From the NCBI GenBank assembly GCA_043228905.1, contig JBHGNT010000007.1, positions 18,910,001-18,974,000 on the forward strand: a DNA stretch of 64,000 bases, in the 5' to 3' direction. The position numbers and the translations under genes were made by a program. The DNA is from Azolla caroliniana (lineage: Eukaryota; Plantae; Polypodiophyta). This document shows positions 38,100-51,425 of this stretch, one piece after another (within the stretch, counting starts at the first letter, position 1; every line of letters starts with the position of its first letter). The notes below the pieces were generated by a model that was not told where the DNA came from, ran no database searches, and saw only the letters and a program-made list of their open reading frames with translations.

Positions 38100-39680
38100 T
38101 TATTTATGTGGGATATCTCATAGTTTTGTTTTCCTCTTCTTCTTCTCAAACTTCACGCTCACATAACTTGACACTAAGTTGTCCATTTCACATGTAGTAA
38201 AATGCATTCGGAAGCTCTTGAAGACATCCATCTTTTCGTACCAAGATATCAAACTAATATAAAATAATATCTTCACTATTATTGTTTCATATTGTGTGTG
38301 AAGAACCACACTTAATTTTGTACATTCCATGCAATTTTCACACCGTTGTCGAAAATCTTCACAACAACGTAGATGGTTGAATCTATCATCCAAGTCTTCC
38401 AGAAAATTGTAGTACATCAAGGTAGCTTTACATCAAGCCATCACTCATCAAAATCCAATATTCCCTGGTAATGTTATGACCAAAACATTACCTTAGTACT
38501 ATAAATGAGTTTTTCTAACTATACATAACCTCAATTCTTCCAAACTACCTTTGTACCCTCGATATTCAAACATCCATAAATACATCCTTAATGTCATATT
38601 TTTCTTCTACTCATCACTTAACCACTTTTCTACATGTTATGCAACACAATTATTTACAATATAACATTGGCATCCACATATAAAAGCAATAAGATAACTT
38701 GTTGCATTAGTTTTGGGGCATTTAATCCTTCTTCTCTTACAACCCTATTAACCACTTCTTCCAATTGATCAATGCATAGACCAAAGAGCGTTGGTGATAA
38801 TGGACATCCTTGCTTAACCTCCATGTTACTTAAAAAGTGGTCTAAGAAACCATTCACAATTTTTAATTAGCATTTAACTTGCTCATATAATTGTGCGATA
38901 GCAATACGATACTCTAATGGCATGCCCATTTCCACCATTCTATTCAAAAGCTTACTTCGAGGTACTATATGAAATGTTTTTCTTAAAATCAACAAAGCAA
39001 CACCAAAGTGTCTATCCTTGTAGTCGACTTTCTTCCATAATTACCCTTAATGTAACAAGATGTTCTATCGTGAAGTGTTTTGGTCTAAAACCTGCTTGCC
39101 CAAAGTGCTTGTTTGGTTTGACTTTTAACATATGCACTTATTTTTTTCTCCATGATAATGTTATACAATTTAGCAATAGTTGAGCTCACCATGATTGTAC
39201 AATAATTTGATACTTTATTTTTATTTCTTGCTTGTATTACATGCATTGTTCCCTTATTGACATCTTAAAGATCAATGCATGTATTACAAGGTGTTTCAAT
39301 GTTCTCAACCATAAGAGTCACTCCCTCATGCATATATAGGCATTGTACATATTCTAGCATCTCTTCATTTGTAAATTCACCTTTGATATCTTCCGTTTTA
39401 CCATTGAGTTGTCTCCATGCTAGGCTTGGTTGGAGATTAAAAAACCTTTTATTTTTCCTTTCTTGCATTTGCAATTATTGTATTTTCTTTCTCCTCACTA
39501 CCTTTTTATATTTGTGTCATGCCATGATCCTTCACTTTCCCCTTTCGCAAACTTATATAGTCTGAGATATATGATACATTCCTCATCAAACCAAGAATCC
39601 ACCAGCACAGATTCAAAAGTGTTGATATCCTACCTCAAGGATGACACCGTTCAAGTGTTTCCAATTTTTCTTTAACATCA
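38100..39680 (-). mobile_element. RTE-like LINE RT fragment
   Basis: VKQGCPLSPTLFGLCID..LLLYVD (38654-38857) with GQAGFR and CFVDFKK remnants upstream. Confidence 0.75.
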
Positions 39681-40936
39681 TTTTACCTAAAGAGAGTTTC
39701 AACAAATGGTTCTGAAAGATAGATAGATAGATAGATTCTATTATTGTCTTCAGAGGTCAAATATGACCTATGAGACAAAAAATATTACATTTCACGTGAT
39801 ACATGTGAAAGTTTAGACTCCTTTTATAATCTTGTGATTTTAGACAATTTCCAAAAACTTGATACACCAGTATCACATGTTTTAAATAGCATGTAAATTT
39901 TGCTAAATTTTTGAGATTTAACAAATTTCAAAATGATAATTTCTAAAATTGAATAGTTTAGGGATAAATGTTTAAATTTTGATGGTTTGCAGATATGAAA
40001 TGTAGTTAACTTAAAGAAAATCACAATTATGGTCAACTCAAGGCACAAGTTAAGATTAATGGTTTCACCATCTTGAGGAGATTAAGATTACATCTATTGT
40101 TAGACTTGAAAATGTTTTAAGTATAAAAGGTAATATTGCAATCCTTAATGTCATCATCTATAAATTAGTGCTCATTAACATCCATAAATTCACAACTCAA
40201 GAAATGTAGACAATATTCATAAACAATTTTGATAAATCCAGAACTCCTAAAATGTAAACAATATTCATAAACTGTCAAACTTTAGATGTGAACATTAATA
40301 TATCAACAATGTTACAATCTACAATGTTCAGGGTATCTACAATGTTACAATCTCCTTCCTTATAAGAATTCCCCTTCAAAATTTGTGAAGTAAATGGCAT
40401 TTGCAAAGTTCAATTACCATGAACACAATTATTAATGGTTTTCTTCTAATAAATGAAGCACATATTTACCATAAGGTATCTTGTTGTGCAACATACATCT
40501 TTAAAAAACCTCTTTTATTTGAAAAACAACAAGAGTTTTAAACATGAACACGATATGATGTATTGAAATAAAAAATAGAGTTTTCATCATAACTCTATAC
40601 AATATATTGAATTCATGTTCAAAGTTTTTATTACTAGATTGAAAAAATAATAATAATAAAAAATTAAGCTTGAGTTCATAGAAAAACCAGATTTCTCATC
40701 ACAAATCGATACAATGTATCGAGCTCATGTTTAAAGTAGTTTTTTCTAATTTTTAAAAAAACATTTTCAATTTGTTTCAAATTTTTAATTTTTTTTCAAA
40801 TTTTTTTCAATTTTATTTATTTATTTATATTTTTTATGGAAAAAATAATAATTTTAAACATGAACTCGATACATTGTATCGATTTGTGATAAAAAGTCTA
40901 GTTTTTTCATCACTTATTAAAGCTCAAAAAAAAATT

Positions 40937-41213
40937 CTAAGACAGAGACGAAATTAGTACTAAGACAGAAATATTAGTACTAAGAAGAATTTAAGGTGTA
41001 GAACACTTGAGAAAAGAAGAGAGTGAGAGAGAGAGAGGGACTGAGATGGAATGATGATGATAGCGATATACTGTGTGAGAAGAATATACAAGGAACGCTC
41101 GATATAGTAAAAATGAAAATATTATTTTATATATTACAATGTATGGTGTAATGGTCAAGAGCTTGACCCATGTAGCATATGGTCATGGGTTTGAGTCCTA
41201 CTATATCATGACA
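40937..41213 (-). mobile_element. Internally deleted family A solo LTR remnant
   Basis: TAGTACTAAG U5 repeats, GA microsatellite and the terminal ..ATATCATGACA. Confidence 0.8.
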
Positions 41214-42495
41214 TGAGCTAATCTAACTTTTTTACATGAACTTGATACGCCGTATCGAGTTCATGTTGAAAAGCTAACTTTTTTACAATCGAGTTCATGT
41301 TTAAAGTTTTATTTCGGATTTTTTTTTTAAAATAATTACATTTTTTTTTTTTTTTGGTATTTTTTTTTTTTTCTAAACAAAATTTAAGCTTTAATAAGTG
41401 ATGAAAATAATATTTTATGTATTACAATGTATGGTCTAATGTTCAAGAGCTCGACCCATGTAGCATAAGGTCATGGGTTTGAGTCCTACCATATCATGAC
41501 ATGAACTAAGCTAACTTTTTTAGCTAACTTTTTGACTTGAACTCGATACGGCGTATCGAGTTCATGTTTAAAGTTTTATTTCGGATTTTCTTTTAAAAAT
41601 AATTACATTTTTTCCTATTTTATTTTGGTATTTTGTTTTTTTTTCTAAAAAAAAAAAGTTTTAATAAATGATGAAAAAATTATTTTATGTAATGCAATGT
41701 ATGGTCTAATGGTCAAGAGCTTCACCCATGTAGCATAAGGTCATGGGTTCGAGTCCTACCATATCATGACATGAACTAAGTTTTATTTCGGATTTTTTAA
41801 AAAAATAATTACTTTTTTTCCTATTTTATTTTGGTATTTTGTTTTTCTTTCTAAAAAAACATTAAGCTTTAATAAGTGATGAAAACAATGTATGGTCTAA
41901 TGGTCCAGAGCTCGACCCATGTAGCATAAGGTCATGGGTTCGAGTCCTACCATATCATGACATGAACTAAGCTAACTCTTTTACATGAACTCGATACGGC
42001 GTATCGAGTTCATGTTCTTGAAAAGCTAACTTTTTGACATGAACTCGATACGGCGTATCGAGTTCATGTCTAAAGTTTTATTTCGGATTTTTTTTATTTA
42101 AATAATTACATTTTTTCCTATTTATTTTGGTATTTTGTTTTTTTTTCTAAAAAATATTAAGGTTTAATAAGTGATGAAAAAATTATTTTATGTATTACAA
42201 TGTATGGTCTAATGGTCAAGAGCTCGACCCATGTAGCATAATGTCATGGGTTCTAATCCTACCATATCATGACATGAACTAAGCTAACTTTTTTACATGA
42301 ACTCGATAAGGCGTATCGAGTTCATGTATAAAGTTAGCTTTTTGACATGAACTCGATAAGGCGTATCGAGTTCATGTATAAAGTTTTATTTCGGATTTTT
42401 TTAAAAAAATAATTACATTTTTTTCTATTTTATTTTGGTTTTGGTATTTTGTTTATTTTTCTAAAACAAAATTGAGCTTTAATAAGTGATGAAAA
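41110..42495 (+). repeat. Five-unit tandem array of tRNA-like LTR terminus, palindromes and T-rich spacer
   Basis: Cassettes at 41144-41213, 41432-41501, 41702-41771, 41893-41962 and 42205-42274 (spacings 288, 270, 191, 312); palindromes at about 41234, 41537, 41983, 42036, 42294 and 42345. Confidence 0.92.
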
Positions 42496-44049
42496 AACCA
42501 GAGTTTTTATCACAAGTCGATACAGTGTATCAAATTGATGTTTAAAAAATAAAACAAAATCAATAAAAGTTTTAAAAAAATTGAAAAAAATTAGAAAAAA
42601 TTACTTTAAGCATGACCTCAATACATTATATCAAATTGTGATGAAAATTATGGTTTTCTAGATGAACTCAAGCACAATTTATTATTATTATTATTTTTTA
42701 AATCCAGTAAAAAAAACTTTGAGCAAGAATTCAATACATTGTATAGAATTATGATGAAAACTCTATTTTTTACATCAACTCGATACAACATATCGAGTTA
42801 ATGTTTAAAATCTTGTTGTTTTTCAAATAAAAAAGGTTTTTTAAACATGAACTTGATTCGTACTAAAATGTTTGTTTTAACAAGATAACAAGATGCATAT
42901 AGATAGTGCAAAAAAGTATGTTGTACAACAAGATACTTTATGGTGAACGTGTGCATCATTGATTAACAAAAAACTATTAATAATTGTGTTGATGGTAATT
43001 GAACCTTGCAATGCCATTTACATGGTCCATAAAGTGTTTGCGTGGTTCTTAATCACTACTTAATGTTAATCTTTATAGTTGGAACAAAGGATGACAACAC
43101 AAGCATAACTCAGATGACAAGGAAACTTGCAAGAACTCAAGATGGGGATATTAATAGCTACACATGTAGATGGCCATGACCTAGGGTACCAATTCTGCAT
43201 TGGTAAAGTTTTGGACGTGATGATGTATTAAACCTTTGTAATACATCTATCATTGACATTAATGAGGTGGATATCATTATGTATGACTTTACATAGACAA
43301 AAGTTGGATGTTTAAGGACAACAACGATATGCATAATAAAAGAGATATTAGCAAGTCTAGAAGATATCTCAGATTGAAGGCGAAGAAGATTTATTGCACA
43401 AAATTTAGAGATACCATTTGGTGAAGACAATGATTTGATTGGTACATTAGAAGATGAGGAGGAAGAGTCACAATTGTATATTATCTATAGTAGTGATTCT
43501 CATGAAAATAATGATGATAGTCATGCAAATAACTCCCAAATGTATTTGTTGTGCAACTATATGTAACAAATTTAGACAACATTTTATCGAATGGAATAAA
43601 AACGTTCATTGTTTTGAAATATTCTACTTTGATTTCTTTAAGATCTAAAAACTTATTAGTTGTCATTTTTCTTTAAAAATCCACAAAGTTACTTTTCATA
43701 TTTTACCCAAATTTGGCATTTTTTAATTTTACCAAATGGTGAAATTTTCAATTTCTTCATCAAGTTTTGGAGAACATGTGATACTAGTATCAAGATGTTT
43801 TGTGAAATGGCAAAACAAACCTCAAAATCAAACGGAATATTCCTTATCCTTCCACTTGTGAACGCAAACGTGTTTTTTGTAGTTAGGTGCAATATGTGTA
43901 GTATAATGTGTGAAGTGTGAGCCTTCACATTTGTCCCATGTCATGGTACATTGGCATTGAAAAAATGCCTCATTTATAGAGAAATATAGTGACGCATCAT
44001 GAAGCAAGTATCCTGCATCCTATCTACGAAACCATTGTTACATATCTTG

Positions 44050-45286
44050 CATCCAACCGGAACACAAAATGTTGCTTTTATGTGTCTTTTGAATCTTTTG
44101 CTTGCTTCTCATGCAATTCTAGGAAGTCGATGTGAGGGACTTTTTTGAACCTTAAGCATGTATTCAACAAACCATACCATGGCCATGATCTCAATCGGAA
44201 GAGATCCTGTCTCAAGGAGGAGGAGGGTATAGGGGTTTTGTTTCTCAACTTGTAGAAACATTGTAAGAAAATGTTTTTGGACATTTTCAAACTCTTTCCA
44301 TGTAGATTTAGAAATGTGACCGCCCCATACTTCCACCCTATAGAGGAGCACCAGTGTCACCAAAGTGTTGAAAAGATATTTCTTGAGGACCCAACAATTA
44401 ATATCTCCATGATATCATGTGTTCTCAAATTCATAGTATGTTTAGTTACCCGCCTCTAAGCCGCGTGTAGCACATTCATTCCATCTATGATTTGAAGGAA
44501 CTTCAAGGCCAAGATATTGGCATGGTTTATCTCTTTTTTGACTCTTCACAAGCATAATATTTGTTTTAGAGCTATTGGCACTTAATTTAGTATGCATGCA
44601 ATTGGTTTTCAATCACTTCATAAACTTTTGTGCATCTCCTAAAGTATTTGTAAAAAGCACTACATCATCTGCATATAGCAAAAGCATAGCGACAACATTC
44701 CCAATGGCAACTTCTTCAACACATTCTTCCTTTCAAACTTGGCAACCATTTCTTCCAATTCATCAATGCATAGCCCAAATAATGTTGGTGAGAGTGGGCA
44801 TCCTTGCTTAATACCAATAATGCAATTGAAAAAATCTGAAAGTCTATCTCTCATACGCAAACAACATATAACCTTCTCATATATTCGGGAAATTGCAGGC
44901 ACATCGAGTTCTTCCATTCACCCCCAAAGATGCTCACGAGGTACCATATCAAAAACTTTCTTGAAGTCTACAAAGCAATAATATAAACCTTTACCTCTAA
45001 GGCAACTTTCCTCCGTTAATACTCGAAGGGTGACAAGGTGATCAATGGTGCTATGGTGTTTTCGAAAGTCAGCTTGTCCATAAGCTCTCTTACCATTTCT
45101 TTTAGTCCATACACTTATCTTTAATTCCATTATACATCCAAATAGTTTTGCCATTAACGAGACAACCAGGATGGTTCGATAGTTGTTTACATTATTTACA
45201 TCTCCACCTTTATGTAAAGGTTTGATCCAATTTGTAGTCTAATCATACAACATACCATGTTGCAAGGCATCATTAAACATATCGCT
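44050..45286 (-). mobile_element. RTE-like LINE RT fragment
   Basis: GQADFR..TIDHL, CFVDFKKVFD, GIKQGCPLSPTLFGL, LLYADD, LLY.VEVWG. Confidence 0.85.
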
Positions 45287-45412
45287 TATTAGGAGCAGTA
45301 CTAAGACGGAGAAGTATTATCAGGAACAATACTAAGACAAAGAAGGAATTAGTAGTAAAAGATGAGGATTACTACTAAGGGAGGTGTAGAACTCTCGAGA
45401 GAAGGAAAGAGT

Positions 45413-45450
<38 letters not shown>

Positions 45451-48400
45451 TGATAACAAAAGATATATATATTATGTTAAGAGAATATACAATAGTAGCT
45501 AGGAGGCTTAAGATTGGCGTTGAACCGATTTGGTTCGAAATAATGCCTTGTGCCTCCTATTATAGTGTTCTTAGGAGTACTCCTGAAGCTTCTAGAATGT
45601 TCCAGAGAAATCTGGAATATATATCACTTTTCTATAGTAAAAATTAAATGAAAATAATACCTTTGTATTACAATATATAGCCTAATGATAAGAGCTTGAC
45701 CCATGTAACATAAGGTCATGGGTTCGAGTCCTGCCATATCATGACACTATCTCCCTTTTAAAACGACAAGTGTCACGAGTTGTTTTGTACTGAGGACCCG
45801 ATTTGTCTGGATATTGACGATGGAAGACTTCAAGAAGAGCACGAGCATTGGTCACATTCTCTATTGGTTCCCAAGTACGCTCGTTGGGACTATATCCTAG
45901 CCAATAGACTAAATAGTAGAGCTTGTTGCAAACAATCTTGGAATAGAGGATAGCGGCAACCCCATGCTCAGGTCCATCTTCAAGTTCGATTGGGGGTGGA
46001 GGTTGTTTAATACAACCTAGGATGGTGCTCTCTTGATAGGGTTCGAGGAGAGAATTATGATACACCGGATGTATCCGAAATTGTGGAGGTAGATTGAGAT
46101 GAAAAGCGACATCATTAATTTTTCTGATAATACGGAAAGGACCTCATCGCCGATAATCCAACTTCTCACATGGGCGAGTAGTCTTGATGTGTTGTCGAAG
46201 TAGCCATACCCGATCTCCAATTTTAAAACTGGCTGGAAGCCGATGATGATCCACATAAACCTTGTGTGTTTGTTGAACTTGTTGTAGATGAGTAGATAAA
46301 TCCGCTTGTATCTCGCGTAACCGCTCTAAACGATCCTCTACGCAAGGATTTCTGGGTAACTCTAGGGTTTCAAATACACACCACTGGGGGTGACAGCCCA
46401 TATAAGCATAAAATGGTGTAACCTTTATCGATGAGTGGACAGAGTTATTATACGCAAAATCGGCGAAGTCGAAAATATTTGCCCAGTCATCTTGATGATA
46501 GATTAGAAAGCACCGAGGATACTACTCCAACATTTGATTTGTTCGTTCTGCTTAGCCGTCTGTTTGTGGGTAGTAGCCGGAGCAGAGGCTACAAGTGACC
46601 TTGAGCATTTTAAAGAGGTGCTTCCAGAATTTCGAGACGAACTGGGGTCCCAGTCACTAACGATACTATTGGGAAGGCCATGATGCTGACATACTTCAGG
46701 CATGACAGTTTGGGCGGTTTCCTCACTAGAGATTTGCTTAGTACATGGCAGAAAATGGGCCTCCTTCGTATATCGATCTACTAATGTTAAGATTGTTGGG
46801 AAATCGGTCCCTTTGGATGGAATCCGGTTATGAATAAAGAGGGCCCAGTGAGAACTGGAAGAGATCCGGAAACCGGATCGGATAGGCCCGATGAGAACCG
46901 GAAGAGATCTGGAAACCGGATCGGATGGACCTGGTGAGAACCGGAAGAGAAGACATACTTGTAAATGTGTTGACTAAGCCTATTGAGGCTATATTTGTAA
47001 ATAGCCCTAAGTTGATATAAGTATAAATATGACTTAGGGCAATCACTTTATGGTGTGGTGTTTGTTGTCATATTGTTGTATGTGTATAACTGTTGTACAG
47101 ACAGAGAGTGAGAGAGTAGCTACAAGCACTTTCTTTTGTAACCGCCGTCTGGCGAAGATACAGAGCACGAGGTCGTTGCCTCTGTGCCTCTACTTTGTAT
47201 TTCCTCTCATATAGTGATAGTTGGAGTCCGTGGGCTCCCGTGGTTTTTCCCTATTAGGGTTTTCCACGTAAATATTCTATGTACTCTCTAATTCCCATTT
47301 CTGTGATTCAAGAGTCGGTTGTGGCCGAGCAATATTCCGCGTTATTCTTTACAAAGATTGCATCGAATCCCTTAGAGACCGGAAGATCTGTGATGAAATC
47401 TAGAGCAATGGATTGCCACGGCTTGCTTGGAATTGGTAATGGTTCTAATAAACCATATAGATGATGCCTTGCATTTTTGTTCTGCAACATGTATCACAAG
47501 TCCGAACAAAATCTTCGACAAATTGTCGCATATGGACCACTAGAATGATCATTGTACTAAATCTAATGTTTTAGTACTACCAAAATGCCTAGTTGTATAT
47601 GTGTCATGATAGTTTTGGACTATTCGAAGGCGACAAGAACCATTAGGAACGTACAAGAGTTTCTTAAAGAATAGTAATCCAGTATGACATTCGAATTGTC
47701 GATAATCTGTACCTGGTTGTTGCGACTGTGAACAAGATGCTCGAGAGGGATCAATTTGTGCTAGAATGGCTTGGGCGAAAGCATTTATCTTCAAGTCCTC
47801 ACGTTTGGTATCGATAACATGGGAATCCAAGGGCATTCCGAAGAGCTGCATTGCTTGTAGTCGTGCTGGTCCTAGGATTAATTGTTTTTGGTCATCGAAA
47901 GTTGGCTCATGAGGACGCGGTGATAGATACGAGCATCGTGATAATGCATCTGCCTTCCCTTGTTGCTTCCCTGAACGATATGTAATTATGAAGTCGAAAC
48001 AAGTAAGGAATTGGGCCCATCGAGCTTGAGGCCAATTTAACACACGAGCATTCTGAAAGTAGGCAAGGTTTTTGTGATCATTGAATACAGTGACTTGATG
48101 AGAAGATCCCTCTAGAAAATGCCTCCATTGCGTAAAAGAGTCCACTATTGCTAATAGCTCATTATCATCAATTTCATTATTTTGACCTTAGCCGGATCCA
48201 TGGAGATGCCTTCCGAGGAAATGACATAGCCTAGAAATTCTACCTGGTTGCACTCAAAACTACATTTTTCCAGCTTTGCATAAAGACCATGTAAGTCATT
48301 TTAGTACTAACAATACATGAGAATCATGCTCTTCTTGGGTCTTCGAATAAACCAGTAGATCATCCAAATAGATGATCAAACAAACATCCAAGAGATCTCG

Positions 48401-51241
48401 GAATATATCATTTGCCATGTGCTAGAAGACTATTGGCGCATTCGTGAGATCGAATGGCATGATCGTATACTCGAAGTGCCCATATCTAGTGCGAAACACG
48501 ATCTTCCATTCATCTCCTGGTCGAATCTGTACGAGTTTATATGCTCCTCGTAAGTCGATCTTTGTGAAGAACCTTGCGCCATTGATCCGTTCTAAAAGAC
48601 TTGAGATAAGGGGAAGTGCATACCTATTCCTGATGGTGACCTTATTCAAGCCACGGTAATGTACAATGAGACGAATTGATCCATCCTTTTTCTTGACGAA
48701 GAAAATGGGTGCGCCGGCTGGAGATTTCGAATGTCGAATGAAACCATTTGCCAAATTTTCCTCTATATAGGCTCGAAGCACTTCTAGCTCGGTTGGTGAA
48801 AAATTGTAGATTGGTCCCCATGGTGGCTCTTTTCCTGGTTGTAAATCGTTGGGGCAATCATACGGTCATTGGTGAGGAAGCGTATTGGCTTGTACTTTAT
48901 CCAATACATCAGCATAATGACGATACTTCACTGGAAGTTGAACGGTGGACTCCTCTTTAGTGGTGTTGGAGGGTTTTCTTGCTACCACGAAGAGAAACAT
49001 TTCTTCCTTGCGTCCTTCCTCACGCAATTGATGTAACGAAATGGTTGCAATCTTCTGAGTAGATCCTCGGGCTTGTCGATACCGGATTTCTCTTGTTCTC
49101 CAATCTATGTCTGGGTTATGTAATTCGAACCATGGTAATCCCAAAACGATGGGATGTTCTAAGATACGAATTATATTAAAGGATACTATACACACTAAAT
49201 TATCTAGGACAATATTAATGGGTTCTGACTCTTCTATGATATTTTCGGAAGCAATGGGACAACCATCAATGACTATTATAGAGGCAGGACACGAGAGTTT
49301 TCTTAGGGATATTTGATGAGCTTGGGCAAAATTCATATCCATGAAGCAAGAATTAGCTCTGGAATCTAGGAGTGTTGAGACATGTATCGGAGAGGTACTT
49401 TTAGTACTAACGGTTACTTGGGCTAGGAACACATTGCTAACTTGCTTAGAGGGAATGGAACTACTAATGGGCTGCACAGATCTAGGGCTGTCCAACCAAA
49501 TGGCTCCTATTTTGGCTAAACTTAATCGTTTAACTCTTATTCTAATTGACTAAGGACATCAAATTTGTTCGATAAATTTCGGCTATTAGTACTATTAGGA
49601 CTATCATATATTCCTAATGAATAGACTCGGGTTTAGTACAATCAGAACTAGCAACTATTTGGTTCACCTGTCTTATTGGCCTATGGGGACAGTTCACTGC
49701 AATATGCCTTGGTCCACCGCAATAAAGACATAGTCGATTTGCTCGACGTCGCTGCTTTTTTTCTTTCGATAATGGTCCGCGACGACGTGTAGTGTTAATT
49801 TCCATCAGAGTTGGAGTATTCACTGGAGACACATTATATGACTCCCTTGGAAAAGATTTTGCTACCACTGAGGCATATGTGGGCTCTGATCTTGCCCTTG
49901 GCATCTGGAACTGTCATTCCGAACGTCGTTCGAAAACACACTTGTTGCATCTCACCACGCAACTGATTGCTTCTGTCAATGACCTTGGTTCTTCAGAGAA
50001 GGTCAAGAGTAAATCCTTGACAGCGTTACGTAGACCATAACGAAATTGCTCCGTAAGTGCTTGGTCATCCCAGGGGATATCGGACGCGAGTAGGCAGAAA
50101 TCTGCAGCGTATATGGAGACTGGACAATCACCTTGATGTAATTGTCGGATTTTGTTTATTGTTGTCCTTATGCTGTCAGTATATCCAAAACAGGCTTTAA
50201 ACTCACTTAAAAACTCTTCAAAATTGTTTAGTAAAGGAGATTCCTTTTCTAACAACGGAGTGAACAATGGAAAAGTTGAGCCACTTAACAACGTGCCTAC
50301 TAAACCCACTCGTGATGCATCGGTGGGGTATCGGGAAGGATGCATTTGATGGACTAGTCGTACGTGATTAAGGAATCCTCTAAACTACGATCATGTTTCA
50401 TCGAATTTCATGGGAAGGTCGATCTTGGGTTCCTTATGAACCCCTTGCGTACTGGGTCCTTGTGGTTGCTTGGAGCTGTTGCACGTGTAACGCTAGTTCC
50501 CCATGTTGTTGTTGCGTCTACTGCTTCTCTAAGGAGATTTGTTGAATCTCCCCCAACAGTCGTTGATTTTCTTGTTCCAATGCGAGAAACTTCTCTTTCA
50601 AGCATTGGAACTCCGAAAAAACGGATTGATATTCTTGAGCGCTAACAGTGGCCATAGAATGAGGGAAAAGAGGAATAAGAGATTAGTATGAAGGGAGGGA
50701 GAAGTAAGAAGATAAAGGAAGAGAAGGAAGGAGACGAAATTGGTTCAAACTATTAGGAGCAATACTAAGACAGAGAAGTACTATCAGGAACAATACTAAG
50801 AAAGAGAAGGAATTAGTACTAAAAGATGAGGATTAGTACTAAAGAAGGTGTAGAACTCTAGAGAGAAGGAAAGAGAGAGAGAGAGAGAGTGTGTGTGTGT
50901 GTGTGTGTGAGTGAGTGAGTGAGAGAGAGAGAGAGAGAGAGAATGATGATAACAAAAAATATATATTATGTTAAGAGAGTATGCAATAGTAGCTAGGAGG
51001 CTTAAGACTGACGTTGAACCGATTTGGTTCGAAATAATGCCTTGTGCCTCCTTTTATAGTGTTCTCAGGAGTACTCTTGAAGCTTCTAGAATGTTCTAGA
51101 GAAATTTGGAGTATATATCAATTTTCTATAGTAAAACTTAAATGAAAATAATATCTTTTGTATTACAATATATAGCTTAATGGTAAGAGCTTGACTCATG
51201 TAACATAAGTTTATGGGTTTGAGTCTTGCCATATCATGACA
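45287..51241 (-). mobile_element. Chromovirus family A copy 2, degraded
   Basis: LTRs 45287-45746 and 50751-51241; gag, PR, RT, partial RH, IN and chromodomain remnants; no TSD, and the upstream LTR is itself preceded by a PPT. Confidence 0.9.
46794..47353 (+). mobile_element. Solo LTR, family S-related copy 4, with about 2.3 x 43-bp repeats
   Basis: TGTTG..TTACA ends, TSD AAGAT/AAGAT; shares GGCTATATTTGTAAATAGCC, TATAAAT and GGGTTTTCCACG. Confidence 0.88.
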
Positions 51242-51425
51242 CTATCTCCCCTTTAAAACGAGGAGTGTCACGATATGGCAAGACTCATACATGTGCTTCC
51301 TTTCCCATCCATTTGAGCCTTTCAACCTTTATACATTGAAGATCACTTGCCTTTCGAGAGGCCAATTTCTTAAGTTCTATGCATATGTCTTCAATTGTAA
51401 AGAAGGGATACATATGTAAAGAAGG

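Larger units (their letters stand above)
40390..43021. mobile_element. Foldback-like element with about 540-bp modular terminal inverted repeats
   Basis: 40390-40925 is the imperfect reverse complement of 42473-43021 (GTAAATGGCATT(T)GCAA.GTTCAATTACCAT..); the arms contain degenerate copies of the internal palindrome; no TSD found. Confidence 0.8.

Noticed and set aside
41110-42495. CRISPR-like array (palindromic 33-35 bp repeats with intervening sequence)
   Set aside because: The intervening sequences are themselves repeated rather than unique spacers, spacing is irregular, there are no cas genes and the context is eukaryotic.
43030-43480. Possible decayed transposon ORF flanking the foldback element (also 39850-40389)
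   Set aside because: Only weak coding-like stretches, with no motif I can assign.
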